A stretch of DNA of 64,000 bases, from positions 1,148,860 to 1,212,859 of the forward strand of contig CAWBPL010000002.1 in assembly GCA_963790805.1 (NCBI GenBank), written 5' to 3'. Both the position numbers and the translations under genes were made by a program. Positions 1 through 8,592 of this stretch are shown in pieces. Under the pieces are notes generated by a model. The model saw only the letters and a program-made list of their open reading frames with translations. It searched no databases and was not told the DNA's origin. This DNA is from Candidatus Gottesmanbacteria bacterium (lineage in GTDB: Bacteria; Patescibacteriota; Microgenomatia; UBA10105; UBA927). The stretch's first letter is position 1. The number at the start of each line of letters is the position of its first letter.

Positions 1-271
1 CCTCAAAAAGATAATAGTAGACTGTTTTTGCAATAAGACCGTTACGGCGGTACGTATATTCAATTTTCGATACGGGCGATTTGTAGCGAAGACGCGTTAA
101 ACCAACTTCTTCTTTGATTTCCCGTATCGCCGCATCTTTTCTTGTCTCGCCATTTTCAACCTTGCCTTTGGGGAACGTCCAGCTGTTATTCATATCTTTT
201 ATAAGAAGCACCAGCCAAGCTCCCCTTTGTTTTCTCACGATCAACCCGCCGGCCGAAACTTCTGTTTTCAT
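1..271 (-). CDS. NUDIX hydrolase (3' end cut by window edge)
   Basis: Own minus-strand translation from the ATG at 271: MKTEVSAGGLIVRKQRGAWLVLLIKDMNNSWTFPKGKVENGETRKDAAIREIKEEVGL... This is an exact Nudix box (GX5EX7REUXEEXGU). ATGA overlap with the rarA stop. Missing from the ORF track because it runs off the window. Confidence 0.85.
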   Translation of the reverse strand, partial: MKTEVSAGGLIVRKQRGAWLVLLIKDMNNSWTFPKGKVENGETRKDAAIREIKEEVGLTRLRYKSPVSKIEYTYRRNGLIAKTVYYYLFE

Positions 272-1482
272 AATGAGCTCCTATTATAATATTTTTTCCC
301 CTTAATTTTATCCGGAAGCAAACTTTCGCTTGTATATTTTTCGTAGCCCTTGCCATATCCCAGACCTTTCATGAGCTTGGTGGGAGCATTGCGAATTTGT
401 AAAGGGATCGGAAGATTTCCGTACTCCTGTACATCATGGAGCGCTTCCATATACGCATTGTATGCACTGCGGTCTTTTTTTGCTAAACACAAGTACACGA
501 CACAATGTGCCAAATTTTCCTGACATTCTGGGTAGCCGATTTTATTGCAGGCATCAAAAACGGTATTGGCAACAACAAGCGCTGTCGGCTGCGCAACGCC
601 AATGTCTTCTGATGCAAATACCACCATCCGCCGCGCAATAAAAAGCGGGTCTTCACCGGCTGCAACCATACGAGCTAAATAATAGAGCGCGGCATCAACC
701 TGACTTGCCCTCATGGATTTGATAAACGCGCTTATGGTGTTGTAGTGTTCCTCTCCCAATTGATCGTACTGAAGCATTTTCCGCTGGGCCGCTTCTTCAA
801 TATCGGCGGCAGTAAGGGCCTTTTTTCGAGAAAGCGTCGCGGCGATTTCTATTACAGTAATGATGGCCCGTGCATCTCCATTGGCTACCTCCAAAAGAAA
901 AGCCATGGCGTCGGCGGCGAGCGTTTTTTTTACATACACAAGCGCACGTTCAACAATAGTTTTGAGCTCACTTTCTGTAAGCGGCTTGAGAACTAAAACG
1001 CGGCACCGTGAAAGAAGCGGTGATATGACTTCAAATGAAGGATTTTCCGTCGTGGCGCCGATAAGAAGTATTTCTCCGCGCTCGACATACGGGAGAAGTT
1101 TATCCTGCTGTGCTTTGTTAAACCGGTGGATTTCGTCTAGGAAAACAAGCGGGTGCTTATGGGCAACTGCCGTAATGTCTGTAATTTTGGTGTTTACTGC
1201 GGAAAATTCAAAAAATTCGCGCTTTGTGGTGCCAGCAAGAATTCGCGCCAGCGTTGTCTTGCCGCAACCCGGCGGTCCCCAAAAAATCATTGAGGGCAAA
1301 AATCCGGATGCAAGGAGTTTGCGGATGATGCCGTCTTTTCCGACAAGATGCGTCTGCCCGATAACTTCATCAAGTGTGCTCGGGCGTAGGACATCCGCAA
1401 GCGGGCGAGAATTATCCATAACAACTGGTATTTTAGCACGTTCTGTCTTCATGATAGATATCCCGCACCTTTCCAAATGCAA
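268..1482 (-). CDS. rarA: Replication-associated recombination protein A (AAA+ ATPase, MgsA/RarA family)
   Basis: Walker A GPPGCGKTTLARILA, Walker B VFLDEIHRFNKAQQD, C-terminal MgsA-type helical domain (YYLARM). The true start is probably an internal Met (1452 or 1419). Confidence 0.9.
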   Translation of the reverse strand: MHLERCGISIMKTERAKIPVVMDNSRPLADVLRPSTLDEVIGQTHLVGKDGIIRKLLASGFLPSMIFWGPPGCGKTTLARILAGTTKREFFEFSAVNTKITDITAVAHKHPLVFLDEIHRFNKAQQDKLLPYVERGEILLIGATTENPSFEVISPLLSRCRVLVLKPLTESELKTIVERALVYVKKTLAADAMAFLLEVANGDARAIITVIEIAATLSRKKALTAADIEEAAQRKMLQYDQLGEEHYNTISAFIKSMRASQVDAALYYLARMVAAGEDPLFIARRMVVFASEDIGVAQPTALVVANTVFDACNKIGYPECQENLAHCVVYLCLAKKDRSAYNAYMEALHDVQEYGNLPIPLQIRNAPTKLMKGLGYGKGYEKYTSESLLPDKIKGKKYYNRSSL

Positions 1483-2740
1483 TTCGATCCAACACTTTTT
1501 GTTCCATGCGAGCCATGCGTCCGGACATAATCACAAACTCTCCCCATCTGTCATGAACGCTGTCTATGGCCTTGGTTAAGCGTTCTTTTTTTTGATCTTC
1601 GGCAAAAAGATTTCCCTGTTCATACAAATCATGCCGAAGATGGAACGTATAAACCGCAAGAATCCGTACCGGACGGTTTGGTGCTTGATGTAATAACCGA
1701 AGGGCATGGGTATAAAAATCAATATCTGCATAGGATGATACGTTTTGCGTTTCCTGCTTGTGCCAGTGACTGTAATCGTTAAATAACGTCGATACCCCGA
1801 CTCCTTTGGCGGTAAAGTTTGCCTGACGGATGCGCCGGCCCATTTTCATGACAAGTTGCGCTAAAATCTGTTGGAGTCCCGGATCCTCTGGTGCATAGGG
1901 TTTCTGGAGTGCGTACGATTGTCCGAAACTCTTTTGTTCTTCCTCGTCGCTCCCGAATGTTTTATAAAGCGATCCATCCTCCCACCCGTGAAGCCGCAGC
2001 CACCAGTGATAACCGTTAACAGATCGGAAGGCTTTCTGAAGCGCTTTGGCATCTGCCTGACAGAATGCAACCGGCGAATAAATGCCGGTAAGCCGCAAGT
2101 GGTTGGCGTTTCCGGCTTTTATGCCGCAGAGATCCTCAAGTTTGAGATGTGCAAAAACCGGAAGAATTGTTTCACGGGTCAGCACGTCTAACCCGTCGGG
2201 TTTATGGAGTCCCGAAGCTACTTTTGCAAGATACCGGTTCGGCGCAATGCCAATGGAAACAGTAATCCAGTCACCTATTTCTTCTCTCACCAGTTTTTTT
2301 ATATCTTTTGCAATCAGCAGCATCGCATCATGAACAGAAATATTTTTTGAAATATGTTGACTAAGTGCCGGTGTGTGAGCAAGGGAAAGCGCCATCTCAT
2401 CAATAGATTCAACGCTCACGTTATCGGTATAGCGCTGAAGAAGGGCTAAAAGCGCCCGATTGACCGAGCGGTATTTATTGGGGTCAGGCGCAAGAACAGT
2501 AAGATCCGGATAGATGAGTTTTCCGTCTCTTACCCTCATGCCGGTTTTAATCCCTAACCGTTTAGCTTCTATTGATGCGGCTAAAATACAACCATGATCT
2601 TCTACATAGGCCGCAACTGCGACAGGTTTGCCCCGAAGAAGAGGGTTTGCCTGCTGTTCGATCGTCGCAAAACACGAATTGATATCCACGTGCATAACGG
2701 TGGCGGGAGCGGGGTTAAATTGTTCAGGAATGAAGTTCAT
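1433..2740 (-). CDS. dinB: Y-family DNA polymerase IV
   Basis: N-terminal MHVDINSCFATIEQQANPLLRGKPVAVA matches the DinB/UmuC catalytic motif. The length (435 aa) fits. Confidence 0.9.
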   Translation of the reverse strand: MNFIPEQFNPAPATVMHVDINSCFATIEQQANPLLRGKPVAVAAYVEDHGCILAASIEAKRLGIKTGMRVRDGKLIYPDLTVLAPDPNKYRSVNRALLALLQRYTDNVSVESIDEMALSLAHTPALSQHISKNISVHDAMLLIAKDIKKLVREEIGDWITVSIGIAPNRYLAKVASGLHKPDGLDVLTRETILPVFAHLKLEDLCGIKAGNANHLRLTGIYSPVAFCQADAKALQKAFRSVNGYHWWLRLHGWEDGSLYKTFGSDEEEQKSFGQSYALQKPYAPEDPGLQQILAQLVMKMGRRIRQANFTAKGVGVSTLFNDYSHWHKQETQNVSSYADIDFYTHALRLLHQAPNRPVRILAVYTFHLRHDLYEQGNLFAEDQKKERLTKAIDSVHDRWGEFVIMSGRMARMEQKVLDRIAFGKVRDIYHEDRTC

Positions 2741-2987
2741 TGGGTTCCACCTCTAATAATTTCCACAAGAGTGTTTCTGCATTCAATTGAAGCTTAAAAA
2801 ATGTAATCCCGTCAGTCACTGAAAACACGTGAAGAAGCGTTCGTCCTTCCCGCACAACGTGGTGGAATCCTACTTTCGTTATGAGATATCTGTTCCCCCG
2901 CCAGTGAATAACCCAAGGCCATGCTTTTCCTTTGAGGTGATTGGATAATAAATCTACCGAAACTGATTCATCTATAGATTCCGCCAT
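2724..2987 (-). CDS. Hypothetical small protein, first gene of the dinB operon
   Basis: 87-aa ORF whose 3' end overlaps the dinB start by 17 nt. Preceded by a TTGACT-17-TATGAT promoter. No recognisable domain. Confidence 0.5.
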   Translation of the reverse strand: MAESIDESVSVDLLSNHLKGKAWPWVIHWRGNRYLITKVGFHHVVREGRTLLHVFSVTDGITFFKLQLNAETLLWKLLEVEPNELHS

Positions 2988-3012
2988 AAGTTAATTATCC
3001 GAAAGATACCCG

Positions 3013-3041
3013 AATATCATCATAGAAATAATACGAAATCA
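3013..3041 (-). promoter_or_regulatory. Promoter of the small-ORF/dinB/rarA/NUDIX operon with an embedded 14-nt repeat
   Basis: Minus strand reads ATTTCGTATTATTT-N8-TTGACT-tg-ATTTCGTATTATTT-c-TATGAT. The -35 and -10 are 17 nt apart. One repeat copy fills the spacer and the other lies just upstream of the -35. Confidence 0.5.
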
Positions 3042-3090
3042 AGTCAATATATCGAAAATAATACGAAATACATCAGTTTTTGCTATGGGA

Positions 3091-3099
3091 TGGTACAAT
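3091..3099 (+). promoter_or_regulatory. Extended -10 promoter of tdk (near-leaderless)
   Basis: TGGTACAAT followed by 8 nt and then the tdk ATG at 3108. Confidence 0.45.
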
Positions 3100-3107
3100 A
3101 GCTTCAT

Positions 3108-3686
3108 ATGTCAAAATCGACTGGGTATCTCGAGGTTATCGCCGGCCCCATGTATTGCGGAAAGACAGAAGAGCTGATCCGGCAGGTTAAACGCGCCACG
3201 ATCGCAAAAAAACGGGTGCAGGTATTTAAACATGCTATTGATACGCGCTACGGCGATGACCGCAAAGTATTTTCCCATGCAGGATTAAGTTTCCAGTCTG
3301 AATTGGTAACGAAAGCGGATGAGATACTCAAGCTTGTGCACTCAAAAACCGAGTTTGTCGCCATAGACGAAGCCCAATGGTTCGGGGAAGCGCTTATTCC
3401 GGTCGTTATGAAGCTTATTGAGGAAGGTAAACACGTGATTGTTTCGGGTTTGGCTATGACGTATGACCGCCAGCCGTTTGTGCCGATTCCGACGCTTCTA
3501 GCTCTTGCTGACAAAACGACCAAATTATCGGCAATCTGCACCATTTGCGGAGCTGAAGCACCGTTTCATAAACGCATCATGAAAAACGGAAAAACAATTG
3601 ACCCTCTCACTGCAGATCCGAAGCTGGTGGGCCGTACCGATGCCTATGAGGCCCGATGCCGTTCATGCTTCAATAAAGCCCCATAA
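3108..3686 (+). CDS. tdk: Thymidine kinase
   Basis: P-loop GPMYCGKTEELI, DEAQWF, C-terminal zinc ligands CTICG...CRSCF. 192 aa. Confidence 0.95.
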   Translation: MSKSTGYLEVIAGPMYCGKTEELIRQVKRATIAKKRVQVFKHAIDTRYGDDRKVFSHAGLSFQSELVTKADEILKLVHSKTEFVAIDEAQWFGEALIPVVMKLIEEGKHVIVSGLAMTYDRQPFVPIPTLLALADKTTKLSAICTICGAEAPFHKRIMKNGKTIDPLTADPKLVGRTDAYEARCRSCFNKAP

Positions 3687-3706
3687 TTTGCTACAATACC
3701 ACAAGC

Positions 3707-3780
3707 GCCCCCTTCGTCTAGCGGCCTAGGACAACGGGTTTTCAGCCCGTGAATCGCCGGTTCGAATCCGGCAGGGGGTA
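3707..3780 (+). tRNA. tRNA-Glu (anticodon UUC)
   Basis: Hand-folded cloverleaf: acceptor GCCCCCT/AGGGGGT, anticodon loop TTTTCAG (anticodon TTC), T arm GCCGG-TTCGAAT-CCGGC, discriminator A. No encoded CCA. Confidence 0.85.
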
Positions 3781-3818
3781 CTTGAGGCTAAAAGCTTAAT
3801 GAATTATTTGGATTCCCG

Positions 3819-4367
3819 CTATTCTCCCTCTATTGGCTTTTTTGTGACACTAAGGTGAACATGTTCCTTAAATTTTTCTGCCTGAACGTCTAAAACAACA
3901 GTTTGTTTGTCTTCGGAAAGAGATACGGTCCATTTCATTTCTGCATCAACAATATTTTCCACATCATGGGTGTTTGGGCAATCCTGACCCCACGCTCGGT
4001 CAATATTTATGACTTTACCTCTTGTTTGAATAGTAATTACTTTTCCCGCTTCCAATGATTTCAAAGAGTCGTAGAATATTTTAGCGGGAATTGCAGGACC
4101 ACGATATTCGAAGGACTTATCATCATCCGCACCAATTGCATTATAAGATTCGTCTCTCGTGCAGACTATGGCCAAGTCAACATGTGCTCCGTTAGCATTA
4201 ATAAGAGTTTGTTCAGAAAAATATGGAGTTTGAAATTCATAGTAACTTCTGTTTTCCGGCCTTATCTGAACTGGAGGCTGACGAAGTATTTGAAGCGCAA
4301 GTAACCCATCTGGGGAGAGGGTCTCATCTTCAGTATGACTAATAGGTGTAAGTTCTGCTTGGCTCAT
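3819..4367 (-). CDS. Hypothetical protein (island gene 1)
   Basis: 182-aa ORF with no recognisable motif. Stop lies 38 nt from the tRNA-Glu 3' end. Upstream extended -10 TGCTATAAT at 4399-4391. Confidence 0.55.
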   Translation of the reverse strand: MSQAELTPISHTEDETLSPDGLLALQILRQPPVQIRPENRSYYEFQTPYFSEQTLINANGAHVDLAIVCTRDESYNAIGADDDKSFEYRGPAIPAKIFYDSLKSLEAGKVITIQTRGKVINIDRAWGQDCPNTHDVENIVDAEMKWTVSLSEDKQTVVLDVQAEKFKEHVHLSVTKKPIEGE

Positions 4368-4490
4368 AGAAGTCTATTTAGGTTTAGGTTATTATAGCAC
4401 TATAAATCAAATAATCATGATTTACAAAATGACTAAGGCTACATAAGTTAGACATAAAATTTCCACTTCCTGCCTATTTAACACAAACCA

Positions 4491-4522
4491 GGTTCGTATA
4501 CGGTCTCGTAGGGGGTACGAAT
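4491..4522 (+). repeat. Island repeat copy m1 (tRNA-Glu 3'-end-like)
   Basis: GGTTCGTATACGGTCTCGTAGGGGGTACGAAT, 20 nt beyond the stop of 4543-4998. Compare tRNA-Glu GGTTCGAATCCGGCAGGGGGTAC. Confidence 0.7.
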
Positions 4523-4542
4523 TTAGAGCGTCATTACAACAA

Positions 4543-4998
4543 TTATTCCCGCTTTCCCATCTGGCTTACTTCAAAAAATATAGCCATTCTACCGACTAGC
4601 TCTAAAACCATTGGTTTACCAGATGGTCCCAATATGTTTGTATCGTACTCTGTGGCATAACTTCCGTCTTGAAAACGAGGCTCACCAACACCATATGAAG
4701 CTATAAGTTGGCGTTGCGCTTCTTTTGATAACATCGAAAAACTAATATTCATGTGGTCACGACCGTTCACACGTTCCCGAACCTTTTTTTCCGCTTCTAC
4801 ATTTTCTACTATTATTTCATGTACATCTTTAAGCTCTTCATCAACGTGCTTACCATCAGCTAATTGTGCACGCCGTATAACCTCTTTAATACCTTGTTCA
4901 AAAGGATCTCCCTCTCCATGATCTTCGGATATATTGCTATGAGAAGGATTTACAACCTCTTTTCTCCTACCGCCGAATAAGTTCCATTTTGGAGCCAT
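4543..4998 (-). CDS. Hypothetical protein (island gene 2)
   Basis: 151-aa ORF, charged, no recognisable domain. -10 TAAAAT followed by 8 nt before the ATG. Confidence 0.55.
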   Translation of the reverse strand: MAPKWNLFGGRRKEVVNPSHSNISEDHGEGDPFEQGIKEVIRRAQLADGKHVDEELKDVHEIIVENVEAEKKVRERVNGRDHMNISFSMLSKEAQRQLIASYGVGEPRFQDGSYATEYDTNILGPSGKPMVLELVGRMAIFFEVSQMGKRE

Positions 4999-5288
4999 AG
5001 AAAGCTATTTTACATCATTTATATCATTTTTTCTGTTAGCTACATAACAATTTCTGTTAAGACATCTTCACTAGATATTAAATTCTAATATTCTGTGGTA
5101 GATACGCTGTAAGCCGTTTTGAGGCTAGGCTCAAGTAAACCTTTCCACGCCCGAATTGATGCTAGAATCTGGTTCCATTGGGAAACCAGCTGTGGGGTAT
5201 ACGAAGCTAAAATTTATAATTGATCTCCCAAAGAAAGCAACCGAGCTAAATTGACACACAATTTGAATAGCGTCATACTAACGATGTT

Positions 5289-6071
5289 ATGAAAAAGCGA
5301 CCTGTGCTCATAACAATTTATAGTTGGTTTCTGATTGTTACAGGAATAATTGGGATAATTGCGTCAATTCCAATTATTAGTCTCTATGTAGCTATTCATA
5401 ATGGAGGATTTTTGCTTAAAGATAAAGACAAAATAATAGCAGTCTCTCCGAACTCGCCAGCCGCACAAGCTCATCTTCAACCCGGTGATTCCATACTTTC
5501 TATACAAGGAGCCACAATGACAGATGCGAGTCAGGTGGTAAACACGATCCAAAGATATAAAGGACAATCAGTACAACTGACAGTTGAACATAACGGAGTA
5601 CGTGAACTAGTATCAATTATCCCAAGAGTTAATCCTCCTATTGGTCAAGGAGATCTTGGTATAGTTGTTGGAAGCACATATAAGGTTTCACGAGAGCCGA
5701 TGATTCAAGTTTTCTCAGAGATTATCCTGAAGGGGTACACTGGATATGAATACACTCCTACGCAAAGTTCTGCTTTTTCTCTCAACGACCGGTCCCTTGT
5801 CCGTTTAAGAGCATTATTATTCGGTGTAGCCGACATTGTTATTGGTATTGGCTTTCTGAAAATGAAACTATGGGCGTTTTATAGTTATTTTGCTACTAGA
5901 ATTGTCTATTTCATTCTTTCCATTCCATCTCTTATGAAATTGCCGGCGTCCCTAACTGCTTTTGGTAACTCAGGTTTAATTTCAAAAACGGTTATACCAA
6001 TAGTAATTGGATATTTAATCGAAATTTACATTTGGATATATTTGTATCGTAATAAAGCTAGGTTTAAGTGA
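5289..6071 (+). CDS. PDZ-domain membrane protein
   Basis: N-terminal TM helix, PDZ-like segment SPAAQAHLQPGDSILSIQGATMTDASQVVNTIQRYKGQSVQLTV, then several C-terminal TM helices. Confidence 0.65.
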   Translation: MKKRPVLITIYSWFLIVTGIIGIIASIPIISLYVAIHNGGFLLKDKDKIIAVSPNSPAAQAHLQPGDSILSIQGATMTDASQVVNTIQRYKGQSVQLTVEHNGVRELVSIIPRVNPPIGQGDLGIVVGSTYKVSREPMIQVFSEIILKGYTGYEYTPTQSSAFSLNDRSLVRLRALLFGVADIVIGIGFLKMKLWAFYSYFATRIVYFILSIPSLMKLPASLTAFGNSGLISKTVIPIVIGYLIEIYIWIYLYRNKARFK

Positions 6072-6140
6072 AACTATACAATTTTTATCTCATACATCAA
6101 ACTCATAAGAATCGCTTACTTCTAATTTGTAGTAATCCAT

Positions 6141-6166
6141 GTTCGTATATGGTCTCAGGGGGTACC
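6141..6166 (+). repeat. Island repeat copy m2
   Basis: GTTCGTATATGGTCTCAGGGGGTACC, ending 1 nt before the stop of 6168-6749. About 94% identical to m1 over 30 nt. Confidence 0.75.
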
Positions 6167-6167
6167 T

Positions 6168-6749
6168 TTATTTTTCAGCAAGCAAATAGTACGGATTCGC
6201 TGCGTTTTGGCTCTGAATGAGTGGTGAACCAAAATTGACAATATGAAATTTATAGGAAACGTCAGATTGTGCGCACTTTTCTCTAAATTTTCCTATTAAT
6301 TCCGACTGCAACACATCAATTTCGTGCGCCCAGTGCGCTTGTGCCGACCATACACCCTCTGGTTGTTCGATCATCTGGTTAGGTTTTTGAGCTGCAAATA
6401 CAATATCGATGTCACTACCGACTTTTAGCGGAGTTCCTTTTACCCTCCCACCTACCGCATATATTTTCATATGACCCGCCGAGAGCCTAAATTCGTCTAG
6501 TGTTGTTTTGTAAATATCCAGCATTCCTCGGGATAAATCCGGCAATTTATCAAAAATAGGCATCAGAGTCAGTAGCAGATATTGCCGTATATCTTCTTCA
6601 CCTATACTTTCTACCGGTGACTGTTGTCTGAAAAATTCTCTGATTTCGTTATCACGATGTCGTTTCAACAACTCATTACCAAACACACGATATCTACCTT
6701 CTAGAATTTCCATACATTGTATTATCGTATAACCAGTCTGATACGACAA
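6168..6749 (-). CDS. Nucleotidyltransferase-domain protein (Pol-beta superfamily, minimal NTase-like)
   Basis: NTase motif YAVGGRVKGTPLKVGSDIDIVFA (G-G/S...D-x-D). TTG start in the ORF track. No HEPN partner seen. Confidence 0.6.
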   Translation of the reverse strand: MSYQTGYTIIQCMEILEGRYRVFGNELLKRHRDNEIREFFRQQSPVESIGEEDIRQYLLLTLMPIFDKLPDLSRGMLDIYKTTLDEFRLSAGHMKIYAVGGRVKGTPLKVGSDIDIVFAAQKPNQMIEQPEGVWSAQAHWAHEIDVLQSELIGKFREKCAQSDVSYKFHIVNFGSPLIQSQNAANPYYLLAEK

Positions 6750-6829
6750 GGCAAATAAGAATTATTTAAATAGTTACCTCTCAATATGAAGCTAACAAGT
6801 CCTCCTCTTGAGGATTTTCCTTCACACAT

Positions 6830-6856
6830 GTTCGTATAAGGTCCCCAAGGCGGAAG
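6830..6856 (+). repeat. Island repeat copy m3
   Basis: GTTCGTATAAGGTCCCCAAGGCGGAAG, 7 nt before the stop of 6864-7454. The left flank AGGATTTTCCTTCACACATG is shared with m4. Confidence 0.65.
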
Positions 6857-6863
6857 AACGGGA

Positions 6864-7454
6864 TTACACCGATTGCTCTGCGGCAATGAGTTCATCGTGC
6901 ACAGACTCTAAGCAAAAGGTCCAAACATCAAAAGATGGCTGATCTGATGGACTAATTGATTGGGTAACTATCGATTCAGATTCACTTCCTTCTCCCGTAT
7001 CCAAAAGCTTAACGAGAGCTTCTTGCGAACTATTCGGCCGCTCATTGCCTATTGCTGCCATTACCCGCTTCTCGATATCAGCTCTATTGATTATATACGG
7101 AGAATTCTCATGTATCCTTTTTGCTTTTTCTGGAGCTTGATCTGGATCTAAAGTGACAATTTGGTACGCCAAACTTTTCGCTTCGTTATTTACTGCCAGT
7201 GGCAGTTGGAACATCCTGATAACGAGTTCACCATTCGTTATGCGGCCGAAACTCTCAGTGAGCAAAAATTCGGGTTTTAGATAGGTTATTTCTTGCTCCG
7301 AAGTAACACCTAAAAACCTGTACTGAGTCGTTCTTTTTACTCCAGTCTCAATTTTAAACAGTTTTAGGCTGCCTCCTCTCCTTCTCACTACGCCGTCAAG
7401 CTCAGATAGCTTAACGGGAATTTCTGCCTCGCTTTTGAGAGGTTCCCCTTCCAT
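6864..7454 (-). CDS. Hypothetical protein (island gene)
   Basis: 196-aa ORF with no recognisable domain. Extended -10 TGCTAAAAT followed by 9 nt before the ATG. Confidence 0.55.
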   Translation of the reverse strand: MEGEPLKSEAEIPVKLSELDGVVRRRGGSLKLFKIETGVKRTTQYRFLGVTSEQEITYLKPEFLLTESFGRITNGELVIRMFQLPLAVNNEAKSLAYQIVTLDPDQAPEKAKRIHENSPYIINRADIEKRVMAAIGNERPNSSQEALVKLLDTGEGSESESIVTQSISPSDQPSFDVWTFCLESVHDELIAAEQSV

Positions 7455-7557
7455 ATTTACGTAATTTTAGCACAAACCGCTTCAACCTTTCAGAATGCGC
7501 AAATTCTATACGTCATCCCTTAATATCCATATTTCCCTAGGATTTTCTCTCAAATGG

Positions 7558-7586
7558 ATTCGTATATTGTCTCTTCGAGGGATACT
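7558..7586 (+). repeat. Island repeat copy m4
   Basis: ATTCGTATATTGTCTCTTCGAGGGATAC, 4 nt before the stop of 7591-8550. Left flank AGGATTTTCTCTCAAATGGA. Confidence 0.6.
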
Positions 7587-7590
7587 CATT

Positions 7591-8550
7591 TCAGGCTTTC
7601 TCTAAAAGCCAAACGGCGAAGGGCGGATTGGCGATGTATTTTTCCCCGAGTTTTGATTCGGGATCTAAGGGTTCATTGTAGATTTCTAATTCTTTTCGAG
7701 TTGAAAAACCCTGACTATATTCTGTAAGTATTTTTAACTCATTCCTATCAAATGCATTCCGGTATTCCTGCACAGAGTGATAGAAGTTGGGTACGACGAG
7801 GCCCGGCAATTTTCTCCAGATTTCCTCACCAGAGCTGATAGTGCTTTCATCGGATACTCGTACAACTTTTCCGTCACGAGTGGAAAACGTAGCTAAAAAT
7901 ACACCTGAAACAGGTGTCAGATGCTCTTGGATAACGGCAAGACGCAGCGGATCAGAACTCGCGTTAATTAAGGCGAGCCTGCTGTCAACATCTGCAACGA
8001 CTTCGTTTCGACTTCTTGTCCCACCCGTAAACATGATGCCAAAAGAAGCCGGTGCCGTGACAACCGCTTTTCCTTTCTGTCGTAAAACACGGGATAATTC
8101 GGAAAAATGAGCAAAAAACCCTTCTCGTTCGCTTGCTGCATTTGGCAGATTGCATCCCACCTGAATGCTTAATGCCGTATCAAATGTACCCGACGCAAAT
8201 TCTAGGTGTGCCCCGTCGCCTTTTTGTACATGGATTTTATCACTCAGTTTCGCCTGCGCTACGGCATCTTTGGCTTTATCAACCATATCCTGTTGATAAT
8301 CTATGGATACGACCTCTGAGGCACCGTGTTGGGCGGCATAGATAGACCAAGGGGCGAGACCTGAACCGATGTCGATGACTCTGCCTTCCACATGAACAAG
8401 GAGTTCCTCAATATAGCCGCTTAAAAACCTTTGTCTATCCGAATGGTGCGTCGTTTGGGAATATGCGCTCGCTGCATCTTTACCATAATGTGTACCTGAG
8501 GCTGTGTGTCCGTCTTTTTCGTTGGCAACCATACCGTATGCGCTGATCAT
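7591..8550 (-). CDS. Class I SAM-dependent methyltransferase
   Basis: Motif I VIDIGSGLAPWSIYAA, acidic post-I residue (VVSIDYQQ), Rossmann-type order. 319 aa. Confidence 0.7.
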   Translation of the reverse strand: MISAYGMVANEKDGHTASGTHYGKDAASAYSQTTHHSDRQRFLSGYIEELLVHVEGRVIDIGSGLAPWSIYAAQHGASEVVSIDYQQDMVDKAKDAVAQAKLSDKIHVQKGDGAHLEFASGTFDTALSIQVGCNLPNAASEREGFFAHFSELSRVLRQKGKAVVTAPASFGIMFTGGTRSRNEVVADVDSRLALINASSDPLRLAVIQEHLTPVSGVFLATFSTRDGKVVRVSDESTISSGEEIWRKLPGLVVPNFYHSVQEYRNAFDRNELKILTEYSQGFSTRKELEIYNEPLDPESKLGEKYIANPPFAVWLLEKA

Positions 8551-8592
8551 AACAAATTCTCATACGTATTGGTAGTTTAAAGGGAAAATCGA

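Noticed and set aside
114-305. 63-aa plus-strand ORF at the left edge
   Set aside because: It lies antisense to a much better minus-strand reading frame with a perfect Nudix box (1-271). It is low-complexity and has no motif, so I treat it as spurious.
860-1579. Long antisense or alternative-frame ORFs inside well-supported genes (for example 860-1579 +, 18388-18909 -, 34865-35344 +, 53443-54033 +, 11516-12007 +, 30065-30451 +, 63449-63775 -)
   Set aside because: Each is fully contained in, or antisense to, a gene with strong family motifs. Their compositions (rich in S, R, P and C) are typical of shadow ORFs, and none has a recognisable domain.
2988-3075. A LexA/SOS box upstream of the dinB operon
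   Set aside because: No CTGT-N8-ACAG, GAAC-N4-GTTC (Cheo) or GTTC-N7-GTTC pattern is present. Only a direct 14-nt repeat of unknown specificity is seen, so I did not call an SOS box.
5194-5207. Inverted partial copy of the island repeat (GGGGTATACGAAGC) upstream of the PDZ gene, and the 9-mer TTGAGGCTA shared between 3782 and 5123
   Set aside because: The matches are only 9-10 nt long, one of them partly a self-palindrome (CGTATACG), and there is no flanking similarity. This is within chance expectation.
4491-7586. Classical integron (attC sites plus IntI) as the explanation for the cassette-like array
   Set aside because: The repeats lack the paired R''/R' core sites (RYYYAAC...GTTRRRY) and the 60-120 nt imperfect-palindrome structure of attC. 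No integrase gene is present in the window. I kept only the weaker term 'cassette-like'.
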